Origin: an uncultured Thermoleophilia bacterium | Lineage (GTDB): Bacteria; Actinomycetota; Thermoleophilia; UBA2241 | Direction: 5' to 3' | Assembly (NCBI GenBank): GCA_963702475.1 | Contig: CAVPCT010000001.1 | Span: forward strand, 1-64,000 | Length of the DNA stretch: 64,000 nucleotides | The notes under the pieces: model-generated | Seen by the model: only the letters and a program-made list of their open reading frames with translations | Database searches by the model: none | Told to the model about the DNA's origin: nothing | Program-made: the position numbers and the translations under genes | In this document: positions 19,311-31,506 of the stretch, piece by piece | Layout: the number at the start of each line of letters is the position of its first letter | Numbering within the stretch: the first letter of the stretch is position 1

Positions 19311-19454
19311 GTCCACTCAGAGGACGGAGGTCACCGATGCCGAGAAGCCTCGGCCTAGGGAAGGCAGGAGGCCGCTGCTCGAGTGGCTCGTCATGGGTGA
19401 AGACTAGGAGCCGTCGGTCGAACTTGGCAGCCGGACCTCCAGTGATGTGGAGCT

Positions 19455-19990
19455 TCAATCGACGAGGACCAACGCAAAGAAACGGTAGGCCTCTTCCTTG
19501 TCTGGACAGGCTCGATGTCGCGCCCAGCGTTGCGTGCCGTGGTGTACACATCAAGGCCACACGCCTCCATTGACGGTCGCGCGCGTTCCGGCGACGGACA
19601 GTCTTCGCCGGGAGTGCAGCCGCCGCAGGAATCGCAAGGGGCCGCGCCCATGACCCACGCCTTGTGAAAACCAGCCAGAAAGAGCTTCGCTCTAGTGCCA
19701 ACCCGACCTCATTGAGGCGCCGGGACTGTCGTCGCTCTTGTCAGCGCCAACGGTTGGCCCCACCTCGAGCAGGATGGCCTGTCGGAATTCACTTACCACG
19801 CGCCGGATCTGGTCCACTGGCGGCGCATTCGGCGGACACGTCTGTGTTTGCCGACATCTTCGCAGCCGAACAGGCACTTCATGCGTGCCCACTCCGCCAC
19901 TACAACATCCACTGTGCGCATTGGCGTCGCTGCATCTGCGCCGAGCGCCACGGCGCGATCACACCAATGCTCCAGGTCTTTGAGCGCCAT
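19455..19990 (-). pseudogene. DUF2284-type Cys-rich metal-binding protein, multiply frameshifted
   Basis: Pieces across frames: WARMKCLFGC, CPPNAP, PCDSCGGC..C..PERARPSMEACGLDVYTTARNAG, YRFFALVLVD*. Confidence 0.75.
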
Positions 19991-20034
19991 CGTCAGTTCC
20001 CCTTTCCGTGATGCATGGTGCCTATCTGCCTAGG

Positions 20035-20887
20035 TCAGACAAGCGACCGGTGGTGGTTGACGAGGTCGCGGCCGAGGCTATCTCGCTTTCCTGTATCACC
20101 GAGCCGCACCCCCCGGTCGGTATCCTTGTCGGCGCCCCACAGCAAATCGTCGAACCCTAGGGGCTCACCCGGTCTTGTCACGATGATGTCGGTCTCGTCC
20201 CAACTTCCCGCGAAGAGCCGGGCATACGCGTCCACGGTGCCTGGCACTACCTGGTGTTCGAGTTCCCATTCTGTTGCGCGAGACAGGCTGCGAGGCAGCC
20301 ATTCCGCAACATCATAGGCGCCAGTGTCTATGAGTGACATGCTCATAGCCGGCGAACATCAGCCTTAGCATCCTCTTCGCGTCTTCGCCGCTGTGCTGCC
20401 TCATCCAGTCGTCGACGTGGCTGATGAATCCGGGGTGGCAGAGCCAGCCCTTCGTCAAGTAGTACGAATGAGCATCACGGTCGATAGCCCCGGTCTCACA
20501 GTCGCGGCACAGCAGTGCTTCGATGCAGTCATGGGCTCTGAGGCAGGCCAGCCCACGTTCGGCGTGATGCCAGTCCTTCGAGTCCACCACCGCAGTAGCC
20601 AAAGCAGAGGATGAGATCACCGACTGGCCCCACCTCGACCAGGTCGTCAACCGGATGCTCGCCGGGCCCGATACTGTGGACGGCCACACACCGGCGCGTC
20701 TTCACTCCCTCATCGAGCTGGTCGACGGTCTCCTGAAGTGCCGCCTTCAGCTTCTGCGGGTGTTCGTGCAGGAGCTCTCGATCCATATCATCGGCGGTCG
20801 GTTCCCAGCCGGGTAGGCTAGCTCGAGCGCATGCAGGACCTCGTCGACGATCATGACGCAAGAGACGATAGCTGCGACTTTGGGCAT
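20035..20887 (-). pseudogene. DUF1638-type protein, frameshifted
   Basis: IVSCVMIVDEV, LHEHPQKLKAALQE, ILCFGYCGGGLEGL, AHDCIEALL, YYLTKGW, LIDTGAY, VPGT..YARLFAGSWD. Confidence 0.75.
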
Positions 20888-21343
20888 CGTTCTCTCCTCT
20901 TCTGGTCGGCCCATGACGAAGGTTCGGCTGCACGCAGGGTCGGGGTGGCTGTGGGCGGCGGACGGGGATGCCAGCGCCCAGGTGACTCCTCCCGCGCCAC
21001 AAAGCGCATCGACGGATGCTCTCATGAGGCCGTCGATGGTCTCTCGCTCCAAGCCATACACGAGGGATCGCGAGGTCGACATCGATGCGCCCCGATGACC
21101 GCTTGGAGGCCGAAGGGAGAGAGCTGCACTGGGCACCTATCCGCAAAGACGTCAGGCTGCAGTGAAAGCTGCCGACCGCAGTACTCGCATAGCACTTGAT
21201 ATGTCCTACGAGGGGGCCGCTAGCGTCTTCGCAGCGTTCGGCCACGTCTGTCAGCAAGGCGGCGACGATCCCTTCGGGTCGGGGACCTCACCTTCTATCG
21301 TCAGTCTCAGGGTGTACGGCTCGATGTCGTCGACGCGTCTCAT
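20888..21343 (-). pseudogene. small hypothetical protein accompanying CobW-like GTPases, frameshifted
   Basis: VAERCEDASGPLVGHIKC...HCSLTS...LVYGL; ATGA overlap with upstream GTPase. Confidence 0.55.
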
Positions 21344-21941
21344 CTGATGCTGTCAGTCAGGTGTGCCAGCAGCGGCCGCAGACGGTCTTCATCACTGACA
21401 TCGATTCTCCAGGTTGTGGCCCTCGAATCGACCTTCTGAACGATTGCCTCAGCGAAATCCACCTCTTCGATACTGGCCACAGCCAGCTTGGACAGCACTA
21501 TCTCATCGGCCTGTGTGATCTGCGCTTCGATCAGAGGTGTCATGACCTCCCACAGCAGCGGCAGCCGTGTCGGGTCCACGACGGTTACGAGACGCTGGTC
21601 CACGAACGGTCGCCCACGGTAGTGGGTCAAAGCGTCAAGGATGCCCGAGGGTGTAGCCACACCGGACGCCTCTACAATCACCATCGCGGGCCGATAGCGC
21701 TCGCTGATCTCCTGGAGCGTCGCGACGAGATCCACGCCCAACTGGCAACAGATGCATCCGGCGGTGATCTCCCAGACATCAAGGTCATTGTCGCGCATGA
21801 CCGCTTGATCGATCCCGATCTCACTGACCTCGTTGACGATGAAGCACGTCTTGTGACCGGCCATGGCCAGACGCTTGGCCAACGCGACGATAAGTGTCGT
21901 CTTTCCAGAGCCCAAGAAGCGGTGAAGACGAGGAGCCGCAT
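21340..21941 (-). pseudogene. CobW/HypB/UreG (G3E) GTPase, frameshift near start
   Basis: MRLLVFT/FLGSGKTT, IVNEVSEIGID, EITAGCICC, IVEASGVA, QITQAD, SKLA. Confidence 0.85.
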
Positions 21942-22050
21942 TCACTCCCTCGAGTGCAGACTGCCGGACTCTGTCTTCAGGAGTTCGCGGATGAGGCGCA
22001 CGCCTGCAGCTGCATCGGTACACCAACCGTCGGCGCCAGAGTACTCGCGG
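21942..22050 (-). pseudogene. C-terminal scrap of a corrinoid (methyltransferase cognate) protein
   Basis: AREYSGADGWCTDAAAGVRLIRELL resembles the GAD(G)yaxDAxxAV end of MtxC-type corrinoid proteins. Confidence 0.6.
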
Positions 22051-22089
22051 GCCGGCCGTGTCTCGTTGCTGATTCCAACCTGGGCCTTC

Positions 22090-23805
22090 ATGGTCAGGCG
22101 ATTGGCACGGCAGATGGAGATTCTGCCCGAGGACCTCCATGCCTTGGGAGGACGGGCCCTGACATCTGAATTGGTTGCCAGGGAAGTCCCTCCCAATTGC
22201 GACCCGCTCGGCCCTGAGAACAAGTTGGTCATCGCTCCAGGAATCCTTTCCGGCACGGTCGCCGTCAATTCAGGTCGTCTCTCCATCGGAGCCAAGAGCC
22301 CCCTCACCGGCGGGATCAAGGAGAGCAACGTCGGCGGCAACGTCTCGCAGCGGCTGGCGAGGCTGGGCGTGGCAGCGGTGATAGTCGAAGGATGCGCGCC
22401 CTCCGGAACCCACACGCTGTGATTCGACCTAGACGGAGCAGCACTTCAACCGGCCGACGACCTCCGGGGTCTTGGCAACTACGAGGTGGTCGAGCGTCTG
22501 CGCGCATCTGCCCCGGGACGGCTGAGCTGCTTGTCCATCGGTCCCGCGGGCGAGATGCTCATGCGCTCAGCGGGAATCGCGGCGACCAGCACCAACGGAT
22601 ATCCGTCCCGGCACGCCGGGCGCGGAGGCCTCGGCGCGGTAATGGCGTCCACGGGGCTCAAGGCCATCGTCTTCGGCGACCCCAAGGGAGCTCGGACCGG
22701 GGCCGCCGACTACGATGCCTTCCTCAACGCGAGCGAAGCCTGGCGGGACCTGGTCAGAGACCACGTCATCAGTGAAGCGCTGCGCGAGTTCGGCACACCG
22801 AACACGGCCGGCGCCATCGATGCTGTGGGCGCCTATCCCACGAGGAACTTCTCGGCTGGGACCTTCGAGGGTGTCGACAAGATCAATGGCCAGGCGGTGC
22901 ACGACATCATCAAGGAGCGCGGCGGGAAGGTCACCCACGCGGGGTGCAGCAACTGCGTCATCCAGTGCTCCAACGAGTTCGTGGACGAGAAGGGCGACTA
23001 CGTCACTTCGGCCTTCGAGTACGAGACCATCTGGGCCAACGGCGCAAATTGCGGCATCGACGACATCGACGCGCTTGCCCGCATTGACTGGATGCTCGAT
23101 GACTGCGGCCTGGACAGCATGGAGACCGGCTGTGCCATAGCCGTTGCGATGGAAGCCGGAGTCAAGGCGTTTGGCGACGCCGCCGGCGTGATGAAGTTGT
23201 TGCAGGAGGTGCGCGAGGGCACGCGGCTGGGCCGCATCATCGGCAATGGCGCGGCGATGGTCGGCAAGGAATTCGGCGTGAGAAGGGTACCCGTCGTGAA
23301 AAACCAGGCGATGGCCGGTTATGACCCGCGAGGCATCCTTGGCCAAGGCGTGGGCTACGCGACATCGCCCATGGGCGCTGACCACACCGCCTGCTTCGCC
23401 CCGGCGCAGAGTGTCTTCGGAGTGAGTGACTACGTCGATCCTCTTCAGCCAGAGGGACAGATCGAGTACGCTCGGGCGCTGCAGGTCGACGCCGCGATGT
23501 TGGACGCGCTCGGCTTCTGTCAGTTCGAAGCGTTCCCGCTTGCCGACAGCAGGCAGGAGGGTATGGCGTTGATTGCAGCGATGGTCAACGCAAAGCTCGG
23601 CACGACTCTGACGCCAGCGGACCTGGTCTCCACGGGCCGGAAGGTGCTCAGCGTGGAAAGGGAGTTCAACAGGGCGGCCGGATTCACCGCTGCCGACGAC
23701 AGACTCCCTGACTTCTTCCTCACCGAGCAACTGCCTCCGCACAACGTCGTGTTCCCCATCCCTGAGCAAGACCTCGACACCGTCCTCGACTTCGAATCAT
23801 CGTGA
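22090..23805 (+). pseudogene. aor: aldehyde:ferredoxin oxidoreductase (W/Mo-pterin), 5'-truncated with in-frame TGA at 22420
   Basis: CDPLGPENKL, SGRLSIGAKSPLTGGIKESNVGG, AGRGGLGAVM, CSNCVIQCSN, EYET, YDPR, GADHT, DDRLP. Confidence 0.85.
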
Positions 23806-23836
23806 GCAGAATGATCGCTGCGTGCGGAGTGCGGAC

Positions 23837-24838
23837 ATGAAGCGAGCAGCAATAGTCGGTGTGGGCACGATCGGCGCGGGGTGGGCCACCCTCTTCGCCG
23901 CAAACGGGTACCGGGTGACGCTGTTCGATGAGAACAGCGAGTACCTGCAACGATCACTGGCGCTGGTGCATTCGTCACTCTCCTTCCTGTTCGCTCATGG
24001 ACTCGGTCGCGGGTCGGTGGGACCAGAGGGCGCCGAGGAGGCCAAAGGCCGACTGGTGGCGTGCGAAAAGCTGGGAGATTCTCTCCTCGGGGTGGACTTC
24101 GTCCAGGAGTCCATCATTGAGGACTACGCCAGGAAGTCCGCGCTCTACGACCAGCTTGAGGCTTTCATCCCCGCATCGACCCCGGTGGCTTCCAGCAGTT
24201 CGGGGTTGCTCATCAGCAAGCTGCAGGAGGGCAGACGACACCCGGAGCGCTTTCTAATCGGTCACCCGTGGAACCCGCCCTACCTGGTTCCCCTCGTGGA
24301 GATCGTTCCCGGTCCTCATACGCCACCTCCGATGGTGGAGGCGGCACGCGGGGTGTACGAAGGCCTCGGGATGGATGCAATCCTCGTCAACAAGGAGATC
24401 CCGGGTCATGTCGGCAATCGCCTGGCGGCGGCGTTGTGGCGTGAGGCGATCGACCTCGTCGTCAGTGGGGTAGCCAGTGTGGAGGACGTGGACAAGGCGG
24501 TCCGGTCCGGACCCGGCCTGCGCTGGGCGCTGATGGGTGTGCATCTCACGTATCACCTGGGTGGTGGGCCAGACGGAATCGAGTACTTCATTGACCATTT
24601 GAAGCCTGCGTTCGAGTCCTGGTGGGCCGACATGGCGGGGTGGTGCGAACTCCCCGCTCAGGCGCGGGACGCTCTGACGGCAGGGGTTTGTGAGATGGTG
24701 GGTGACGAGCGCTACGAGGATATGGTGGCTCGAAGGGACGAGCTCCTCGCCGGTCTTCTGAAGCTGAACCAATCGAGGAGAGAGCGGAATCCCCTGGTTG
24801 TCATCTCCGAGGAGGACTCGCAGTTGTCCGTGGCCTGA
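23837..24838 (+). CDS. 3-hydroxyacyl-CoA dehydrogenase family (carnitine/L-gulonate dehydrogenase-like)
   Basis: GVGTIGAGW, VQES, ASSSSG, HPWNPPYLVPLVE, GNRL, GPGLRWALMG..YHLGGG. Confidence 0.88.
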   Translation: MKRAAIVGVGTIGAGWATLFAANGYRVTLFDENSEYLQRSLALVHSSLSFLFAHGLGRGSVGPEGAEEAKGRLVACEKLGDSLLGVDFVQESIIEDYARKSALYDQLEAFIPASTPVASSSSGLLISKLQEGRRHPERFLIGHPWNPPYLVPLVEIVPGPHTPPPMVEAARGVYEGLGMDAILVNKEIPGHVGNRLAAALWREAIDLVVSGVASVEDVDKAVRSGPGLRWALMGVHLTYHLGGGPDGIEYFIDHLKPAFESWWADMAGWCELPAQARDALTAGVCEMVGDERYEDMVARRDELLAGLLKLNQSRRERNPLVVISEEDSQLSVA

Positions 24839-25056
24839 TGTGACCACAAGGCGTTCTTCGCGCGGCCTTCGCCGTGTGCCTTGAGACCGAGGGCTGAGCC
24901 CGTCCTCAAGGCTCTGAGTTGAGTCACCGCTGTCGAAGGTCCTGCCGCGCAGCCGAAGCAGCATACGGCGTATTCACATGCATACATCTCATGACTTGAA
25001 GTCACTCAAAGGGCGAGTTGCTCTCTTGTCACTGGGTCGAGGGGAAGGCGAGGTAT

Positions 25057-25275
25057 ATGCAGGTCGAGATCAAGATTCTTTCCGGCTTGATACGGGCATC
25101 GGAAGGTCCCATGGAAGTTGGTGATGGTTCAAATGGGCTGGACGTGCTTTGCGCGATGGGAGTGGGGACGACTGAGGGCATCATCATGATTGTCAATGGC
25201 CGCAGGCGAGACCTCACGACCCAGGTCATGGAGGGGGACAGGATCCATTTCATGACCCCGTTGGCCGGCGGATGA
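25057..25275 (+). CDS. MoaD/ThiS sulfur-carrier protein
   Basis: 72 aa beta-grasp, IVNG...EGDRI..PLAGG C-terminal di-glycine. Confidence 0.85.
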   Translation: MQVEIKILSGLIRASEGPMEVGDGSNGLDVLCAMGVGTTEGIIMIVNGRRRDLTTQVMEGDRIHFMTPLAGG

Positions 25276-25439
25276 TGCGCAGAAGGCACCAAGCCTCCGC
25301 GAGACGAGAGGCTCCTCGCGGGGCTCGAGTCCAGTTCTCCCATGCCTGACCGGGAGCCTCCCAAGGAGACATTGGAGGCGGCTCGACTTGTCGGCCTCAA
25401 GGAGAGGCCAGAGTAGACCACGGGAATCAAGGTGCGTAC

Positions 25440-26620
25440 TTGTCGGAGTTGAACGGGAGGACGATTGTGAGGGCACGTGAACTCGGCATCGAGATTGGTT
25501 TTGGGATCCCTGGAGCCCACAACGCCATTACGGACGTTGCCGGAATCAGGGTCGGTCACTCCACAATAATCGAGGGCGAAGGCCCACTTGTTGTCGGGGA
25601 GGGCCCGATCCGCACGGGCGTGACTGTCATCAGGCCTCACGAAGGCCATCTGGCGGAGGAACCCCTCTTCGCCGGGTGTCACAGTCTGAACGGTAACGGC
25701 GAGGTCACAGGCCTGCTCTGGCTCAAGCAGTCAGGGCAGCTGACCTCTGCTATTGGCCTCACCAACAGCCACAGCGTCGGAGTGGTCCGGGACACTCTGG
25801 CGGTGATCGATACTCAAGGGCGACAGCCCGAGCACCTCTTCTGGAGCTTGCCCGTGACCGGCGAGACCTGGGACGGGATGTTGAACGACATCAACGGCTT
25901 CCACGTGAAGCCAGAACACGTTCTCCGCGCATACGAGAACGCCACCGACGGCCCGGTGGAGGAGGGCAGTGTTGGTGGCGGCACAGGGATGATCTGCTAC
26001 ATGTTCAAAGGCGGCATAGGGACTTCCTCGCGCGTCCTTCCACGGGAGTTCGGCGGCTACACCGTAGGCGTCCTCGTTCAGGCCAATTTCGGAACTCGCA
26101 GGGACTTCATTGTCAACGGCGCGCCCGTTGGGCAGCATCTGGGCGAGGAGGAGATCCTGCGCCCATGCCGCCGGAGTATGAGCAGCATCCTCCCGCCGGC
26201 TCGTTCACGCCTCGCGGCGGTGGCTCGATTGTCGGCATCGCGGCCACTGACGCTCCGCTACTTCCCCATCAGTGCGACAGCCTGGCGCAGCGCGTGGGCC
26301 TGGGCGTATCCCGTACCGGGAACTCTGGAGATCACTGGAGTGGAGACATCTTCGTGGCCTTCTCCACGGCAAACCGCCTGCCCGGGTCCAATATGACATG
26401 GCGGGCTCCCCTGACCACTCAGATCCAAGTCTTGGCGAACAACTTCGTGGACCCTCTCTACGATGCTGTGGTGGAGGCGACGCAGGAGGCGATCCTCAAC
26501 GCCCAATTGGCGGCCCAAACCATGGTCGGACGTGACGGTGTCACGGCGCATGCTCTAGACCCCGAGCGACTTGTCAGCGTCCTGACGAAGTACGAGCGAC
26601 TGAGGTTCGAGGTGAACGCC

Positions 26621-26623
<3 letters not shown>
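25440..26623 (+). pseudogene. DmpA/P1 family (S58) aminopeptidase, frameshift ~26160
   Basis: NAITDVAGIRVGH, RTGVT, LNGNGE, PVTGETWDG.LNDI, EGSVGGGTGM, VQANFG; then GGSIV..ATDAPL, SGDIFVAFST. Confidence 0.85.
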
Positions 26624-27513
<890 letters not shown>

Positions 27514-27575
27514 TCAGGGCTGACGCGGTCCACTTGCAGACCCCGTGTGTGCAATTCAGAGGGGAGGTGAGTGAG

Positions 27576-27878
27576 ATGAAGGCGAACTTCCGGAGATTCG
27601 TGGCGAGGCTGGCCATGTCGGTCGCCTCGCTCCTTGTCCTTGGGGCGCTCGGGGCGTCTGCCGCGCTTGCGGCACCGATGCCAGTATCCCCTGGCGATGG
27701 GACTGCAGGTTCCCCATGGTGGGGACTAGCGGTTTTCGGCGTGCTGGCGGCCGCTTCATTGGCGTACGCGTTGACTGCCGAACGGCCCATGAGGGCAATA
27801 GAGGGCGAGCCATCAGTCGTGAGTCTGACCCGCGACTCGTCATCCGATACTGAAGAGCAAGATCGGAAGGCGGCCTGA
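27576..27878 (+). CDS. small signal-peptide + single-TM protein
   Basis: GGAGG RBS; signal peptide ending AALA, short Pro/Gly linker, TM, charged tail. Confidence 0.6.
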   Translation: MKANFRRFVARLAMSVASLLVLGALGASAALAAPMPVSPGDGTAGSPWWGLAVFGVLAAASLAYALTAERPMRAIEGEPSVVSLTRDSSSDTEEQDRKAA

Positions 27879-28263
27879 CACGAAGAGCCAGGGCGGCCTC
27901 CCCCCCACCACGCCGCGGGTGTGAGGCCGCCCACTCTTACGTCTTCTGACCCAGTACAGGGTGGATCATCAACCTGGCCCAAAGAGCGGGGTAGCGCGGC
28001 TTCCACAGGGGATGAACCCTCCGTCGGCGTCCTCCACGCCGACATCAACCGCCTCAGGTGCATGGGTCTACAGCTTCGCGGAAACCGACCGTTGCGGCCC
28101 CTGACTCCCATCCTCCCCTCAGACAGGAGCTAACGGACGGCAAACGAACGCAGGTCAGTCGACGTTGAGAGGCGTCACTCTGTGGCTATGGGGTCGGGGA
28201 CTTCACGAATAGCGCGACCCTGTCCAGCATTCAGTGGCTGTTACTAGCATTATCGCAGCTGCG

Positions 28264-28308
28264 TTTGCACGGCGGAGGTCAGCGGTTCGAACCCGCTGCG
28301 GTCCACCA
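28264..28308 (+). repeat. 3' half of tRNA-Ala (attR-like direct repeat)
   Basis: TTTGCACGGCGGAGGTCAGCGGTTCGAACCCGCTGCGGTCCACCA vs 18816-18860; starts exactly at the anticodon loop. Confidence 0.9.
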
Positions 28309-28511
28309 GCCCACCGCCCGGCACGTCTGTGCACGGTTCTGCTTCCTGCGCGCCGATGACTCGCAGGCACACCGTGTCCTGCGAGCCCTCGGCGAGACCC
28401 GCGACGCTAACCCCGCGACACGCCCCTCTGCAGTGCTACTGGCCCTCCGTGCCCCCCATCGTCTCTGCGATGGCAGGCACACTCGGGTGCGGACCCCGGG
28501 GACCGAAGGGT

Positions 28512-28580
28512 GGGGAATCGTCTGACGCGGGGGGTGGGGTATTACCTGACGCTACCCCTTGGGAATCACTTGACGCTACC
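28512..28580 (+). repeat. three 17-bp repeats at 24-bp period (IS21-like end remnant)
   Basis: GGGGAATCGTCTGACGC / GGGGTATTACCTGACGC / TGGGAATCACTTGACGC at 28512, 28536, 28560. Confidence 0.6.
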
Positions 28581-28792
28581 GCGCCTCAGCGGCGGCCTGT
28601 CGAGTTCCGTCTGCGACTGAGCGAGCGCACCGACGGCGAGAGGGCGATCCTGCGGGTCTTCCGTCACGCCACCGGCGATCGACGGCGTCGTAGCGGGCGA
28701 GTCTCCGCGAAGCAGGCGGCAGCCACTCGGACGTGTAGATTGCAACTGAGGGTTGCAATTGACGCAGGTCCGTGAGTGTGCAGAATGGTCTC

Positions 28793-30011
28793 ATGGCCGC
28801 ACTGATCGAGCGCACGCTCACCACCCGGTTGCTGGCGTCCGCCGGCTCCTACCCTGTCGTCTTCCTCACCGGCCCTCGACAGTCGGGCAAGACGACGCTG
28901 GCGCGCGCCACGTTCCCCGAGTTCGCGTACAGTCTCTCTGGAGGTTCTCCAGAATCGCGAGGAAGCCCAGGAAGACCCGCGCGGGTTCCTCGCCCGCCTA
29001 CGCGGCCGGCCGGGCGCGATCCTCGACGAGGTGCAGCGCGTGCCCGACTTGTTCTCGTATCTGCAGGGCGCCGCCGACGAGGGGACTCACGGGCCGTTCG
29101 TGCTCACCGGTTCTCAGCAGTTCCTGCTGAACCAGCACATCGGGCAGACGTTGGCCGGGAGGGTGGCGGTGCTCGAGCTCCTGCCGTTCTCTGTGGCCGA
29201 GCTGACACGCCGGCCGGCGCTCGATCCGACCGCCTGGGAGGCGGGTCTGCGCGGCCGGGACGCGGCCGGCGTCCTCGTCCCGCCGGCGTCCAGTCTCGAC
29301 GAGGCGCTGTTCGCGGGCTTCTACCCGCGAATCCACGACCGCGGGCTCGACCCCGCGCAGTGGCTCGACGGCTACGTGCGCACCTACGTAGAGCGCGATG
29401 CACGCCAGGTCGGGTCCATAGGCGACCTGGCGGCGTTCACACGCTTCGTCGCGCTCTGTGCGGGACGCAGCGGGCAGCTGCTGAACCTGTCGGCGCTGGG
29501 CGCCGACGCGGGCGTCAGCCACACGACGGCGCGTTCGTGGATTTCAGTGCTCGAAGCGAGCTACCTGGTGACGCTGCTCAGGCCGCATCACGCCAACTTC
29601 AACAAGCGCATCGTCAGAACGCCCAAGCTCGTCTTCCTCGATACCGGACTGCTCTGCCGGCTCCTTGGATTGCGCCGGGCGTCGGACCTTGCTGTGCATC
29701 CCCTCCGCGGCGCCGTCTTCGAGAGCTTTGTCGTGGCCGAGCTGGTCAAGGTGTTCCTGCACCACGGTGAGCCGGCGCCGCTCTTCTTCTGGCGCGCCAG
29801 CCACGGCCGCGAGATCGACGCTCTTCTCGACTTCGCCGTGAGCAAAGTGGCGGTGGAGGCGAAGTCGGGGCTGACGGTCGCCGCCGACGCGTTCCGAGGG
29901 CTCGACGCCTACTGCTCGCTCTCAGGCGCGGCCGGCGTGCTGGTCTACGGCGGTGACGAGTCCTACGAGCGCCGGGGGCATCAAGTGCGTGCCTGGTGGA
30001 TGCTCACCTGA
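28793..30011 (+). CDS. AAA_14 ATPase + DUF4143 (COG1373), frameshifted ~28930-28990
   Basis: LTGPRQSGKTT, ILDEVQRVPDL, LTGSQ, TYVERD, RTPKL.FLDTGL, GAVFESFV, REID...VEAK. Confidence 0.85.
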
Positions 30012-30042
30012 GCGACGCGATGAGCTTCGGCGCCGGCTGAGC

Positions 30043-31014
30043 TCACCCCGGCCCCACCGCCTCCCCCACGACCTCCTCCGGGGTCCCCGCGAGGCCCTCC
30101 TCCGCTCCGCTGAGCAGCACGACGAGCACCGCGCCGGCCACGATGAGCGCGCCGCCGAGGAGGGTCCAGACGGACGGCCGCTGGGCGAGGAACACGAAGG
30201 CGAACAGCGGCGCGCACGCCGGCTCGAGCAGGCCCACGATGGACGTGTGCTGGATCGGGATGTGGCGCATGCCGTGCAGGAAGACGGTGCCGGCGAGGGC
30301 GGTGCTGAACAGCGAGAGCCCCAGCACCACCCACAGGTCGGTCCGCGTGAAGACCCACCCCTGGGCGGACCACTGGACCAGGGCCGGCGGCAGCATGACC
30401 ACGGTGACGAGGACCCCGTCCGAGACGAGCATGGCGGTACCGTCGACCTTGGCGGAGAGCGTCTTGGCGAGCAGAAAGAAGGCGGCGAGCAACAAGCCCG
30501 AGGCCAGCGCCAGCGCCAGGCCGAGGGCCGACACCCGCAGCCCCGGGTCGAGCAGGCCGGGGGCCAGCATGACGGCGATGCCCGCCACGGCGAGCACGAG
30601 GGCCCACACCACGACCCGCTCGGTGCGCTGCCGGAGCAGCCGGGGCGCCACGAGCGCGACGTAGATGGGCGACAGGTACGAGAGGAAGACGGCCAGCGCG
30701 ACGTCGAGCTCCCGCAGGGCGAGCATGAACGTGTAGATCTGCGCGGCGTCGATGAGGCCGAGCACGATGAGGCGCCGCAGCACGCCCGTCCCCAGCGCCT
30801 GCCGCCTCCAGCGCCGCCCGCCGCCGAGGAGGACCAGGACGACGGCGGCTAGGCCCATGCGCATGCAGAGCACGGTGCTGGTGGGCAGACCCGTGAGCCC
30901 CAGCCACGCCCCGATGGAGGCGAACATCACCGCGCCGCTGCCCACCATCACGTAGCCTCGGGCGCGGCGCGACTGCGCGCCCGGGGTCGCCTGCGTGGTC
31001 CCGGTCGTGCTCAT
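30043..31014 (-). CDS. EamA/DMT family transporter
   Basis: 10 TM helices; YLSPIYV, LLEPACA. Confidence 0.88.
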   Translation of the reverse strand: MSTTGTTQATPGAQSRRARGYVMVGSGAVMFASIGAWLGLTGLPTSTVLCMRMGLAAVVLVLLGGGRRWRRQALGTGVLRRLIVLGLIDAAQIYTFMLALRELDVALAVFLSYLSPIYVALVAPRLLRQRTERVVVWALVLAVAGIAVMLAPGLLDPGLRVSALGLALALASGLLLAAFFLLAKTLSAKVDGTAMLVSDGVLVTVVMLPPALVQWSAQGWVFTRTDLWVVLGLSLFSTALAGTVFLHGMRHIPIQHTSIVGLLEPACAPLFAFVFLAQRPSVWTLLGGALIVAGAVLVVLLSGAEEGLAGTPEEVVGEAVGPG

Positions 31015-31201
31015 CTGCCAGTCTCGGTCCGCATGGGCGTCCTCTGCTTCGGCGTGCGGAGGACCTCGTCCTGCCGGGTCGGCCTCGCCCTGTACCCGCG
31101 CTGCGCGCGTGTCTACAATCGCACCACTTCGACCACGAGAGGGACGCCGTCGGCGCTGGGCAGTGGCCCGGCGGGACGGCTGTCCGGCCTGGAGGTGCGC
31201 C

Positions 31202-31498
31202 ATGACTGCGATCGTGATCGTCGATCTGCCGGCGAAGCCGGAGAGCAAGGACGAGCTCGTCGCCACGCTGCGCACGGCGCTCACGGACACGCGCGCGTTC
31301 GCGGGCTGCCGCGGAGCCACTCTGTGCAGCGACCACGATGAGGCCGCGATGGTCTCGATCGTGGAGCGCTGGGAGACGCTCGAGCACTACCTCGTCTACG
31401 ACGCCTGGCGCACCGAGACCGGGTTCATGGACATGCTGGCCCCCATGCTGGGCGGCGAACCCGGGGAGCGGCACCTGGAAGAGATCGACCCCGGCTGA
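31202..31498 (+). CDS. antibiotic biosynthesis monooxygenase (ABM) domain protein
   Basis: LTDTRAFAGC...IVERWET.EHY..Y.AWR..TG; GGAGG RBS. Confidence 0.85.
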   Translation: MTAIVIVDLPAKPESKDELVATLRTALTDTRAFAGCRGATLCSDHDEAAMVSIVERWETLEHYLVYDAWRTETGFMDMLAPMLGGEPGERHLEEIDPG

Positions 31499-31506
31499 GC
31501 CGCGTC

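Noticed and set aside
22420-22422. In-frame TGA in AOR as a second selenocysteine
   Set aside because: It falls in a variable beta-strand (THTL*FDLDG), not at a Cys motif. No convincing SECIS, and the gene is also 5'-truncated. A nonsense mutation is more likely.
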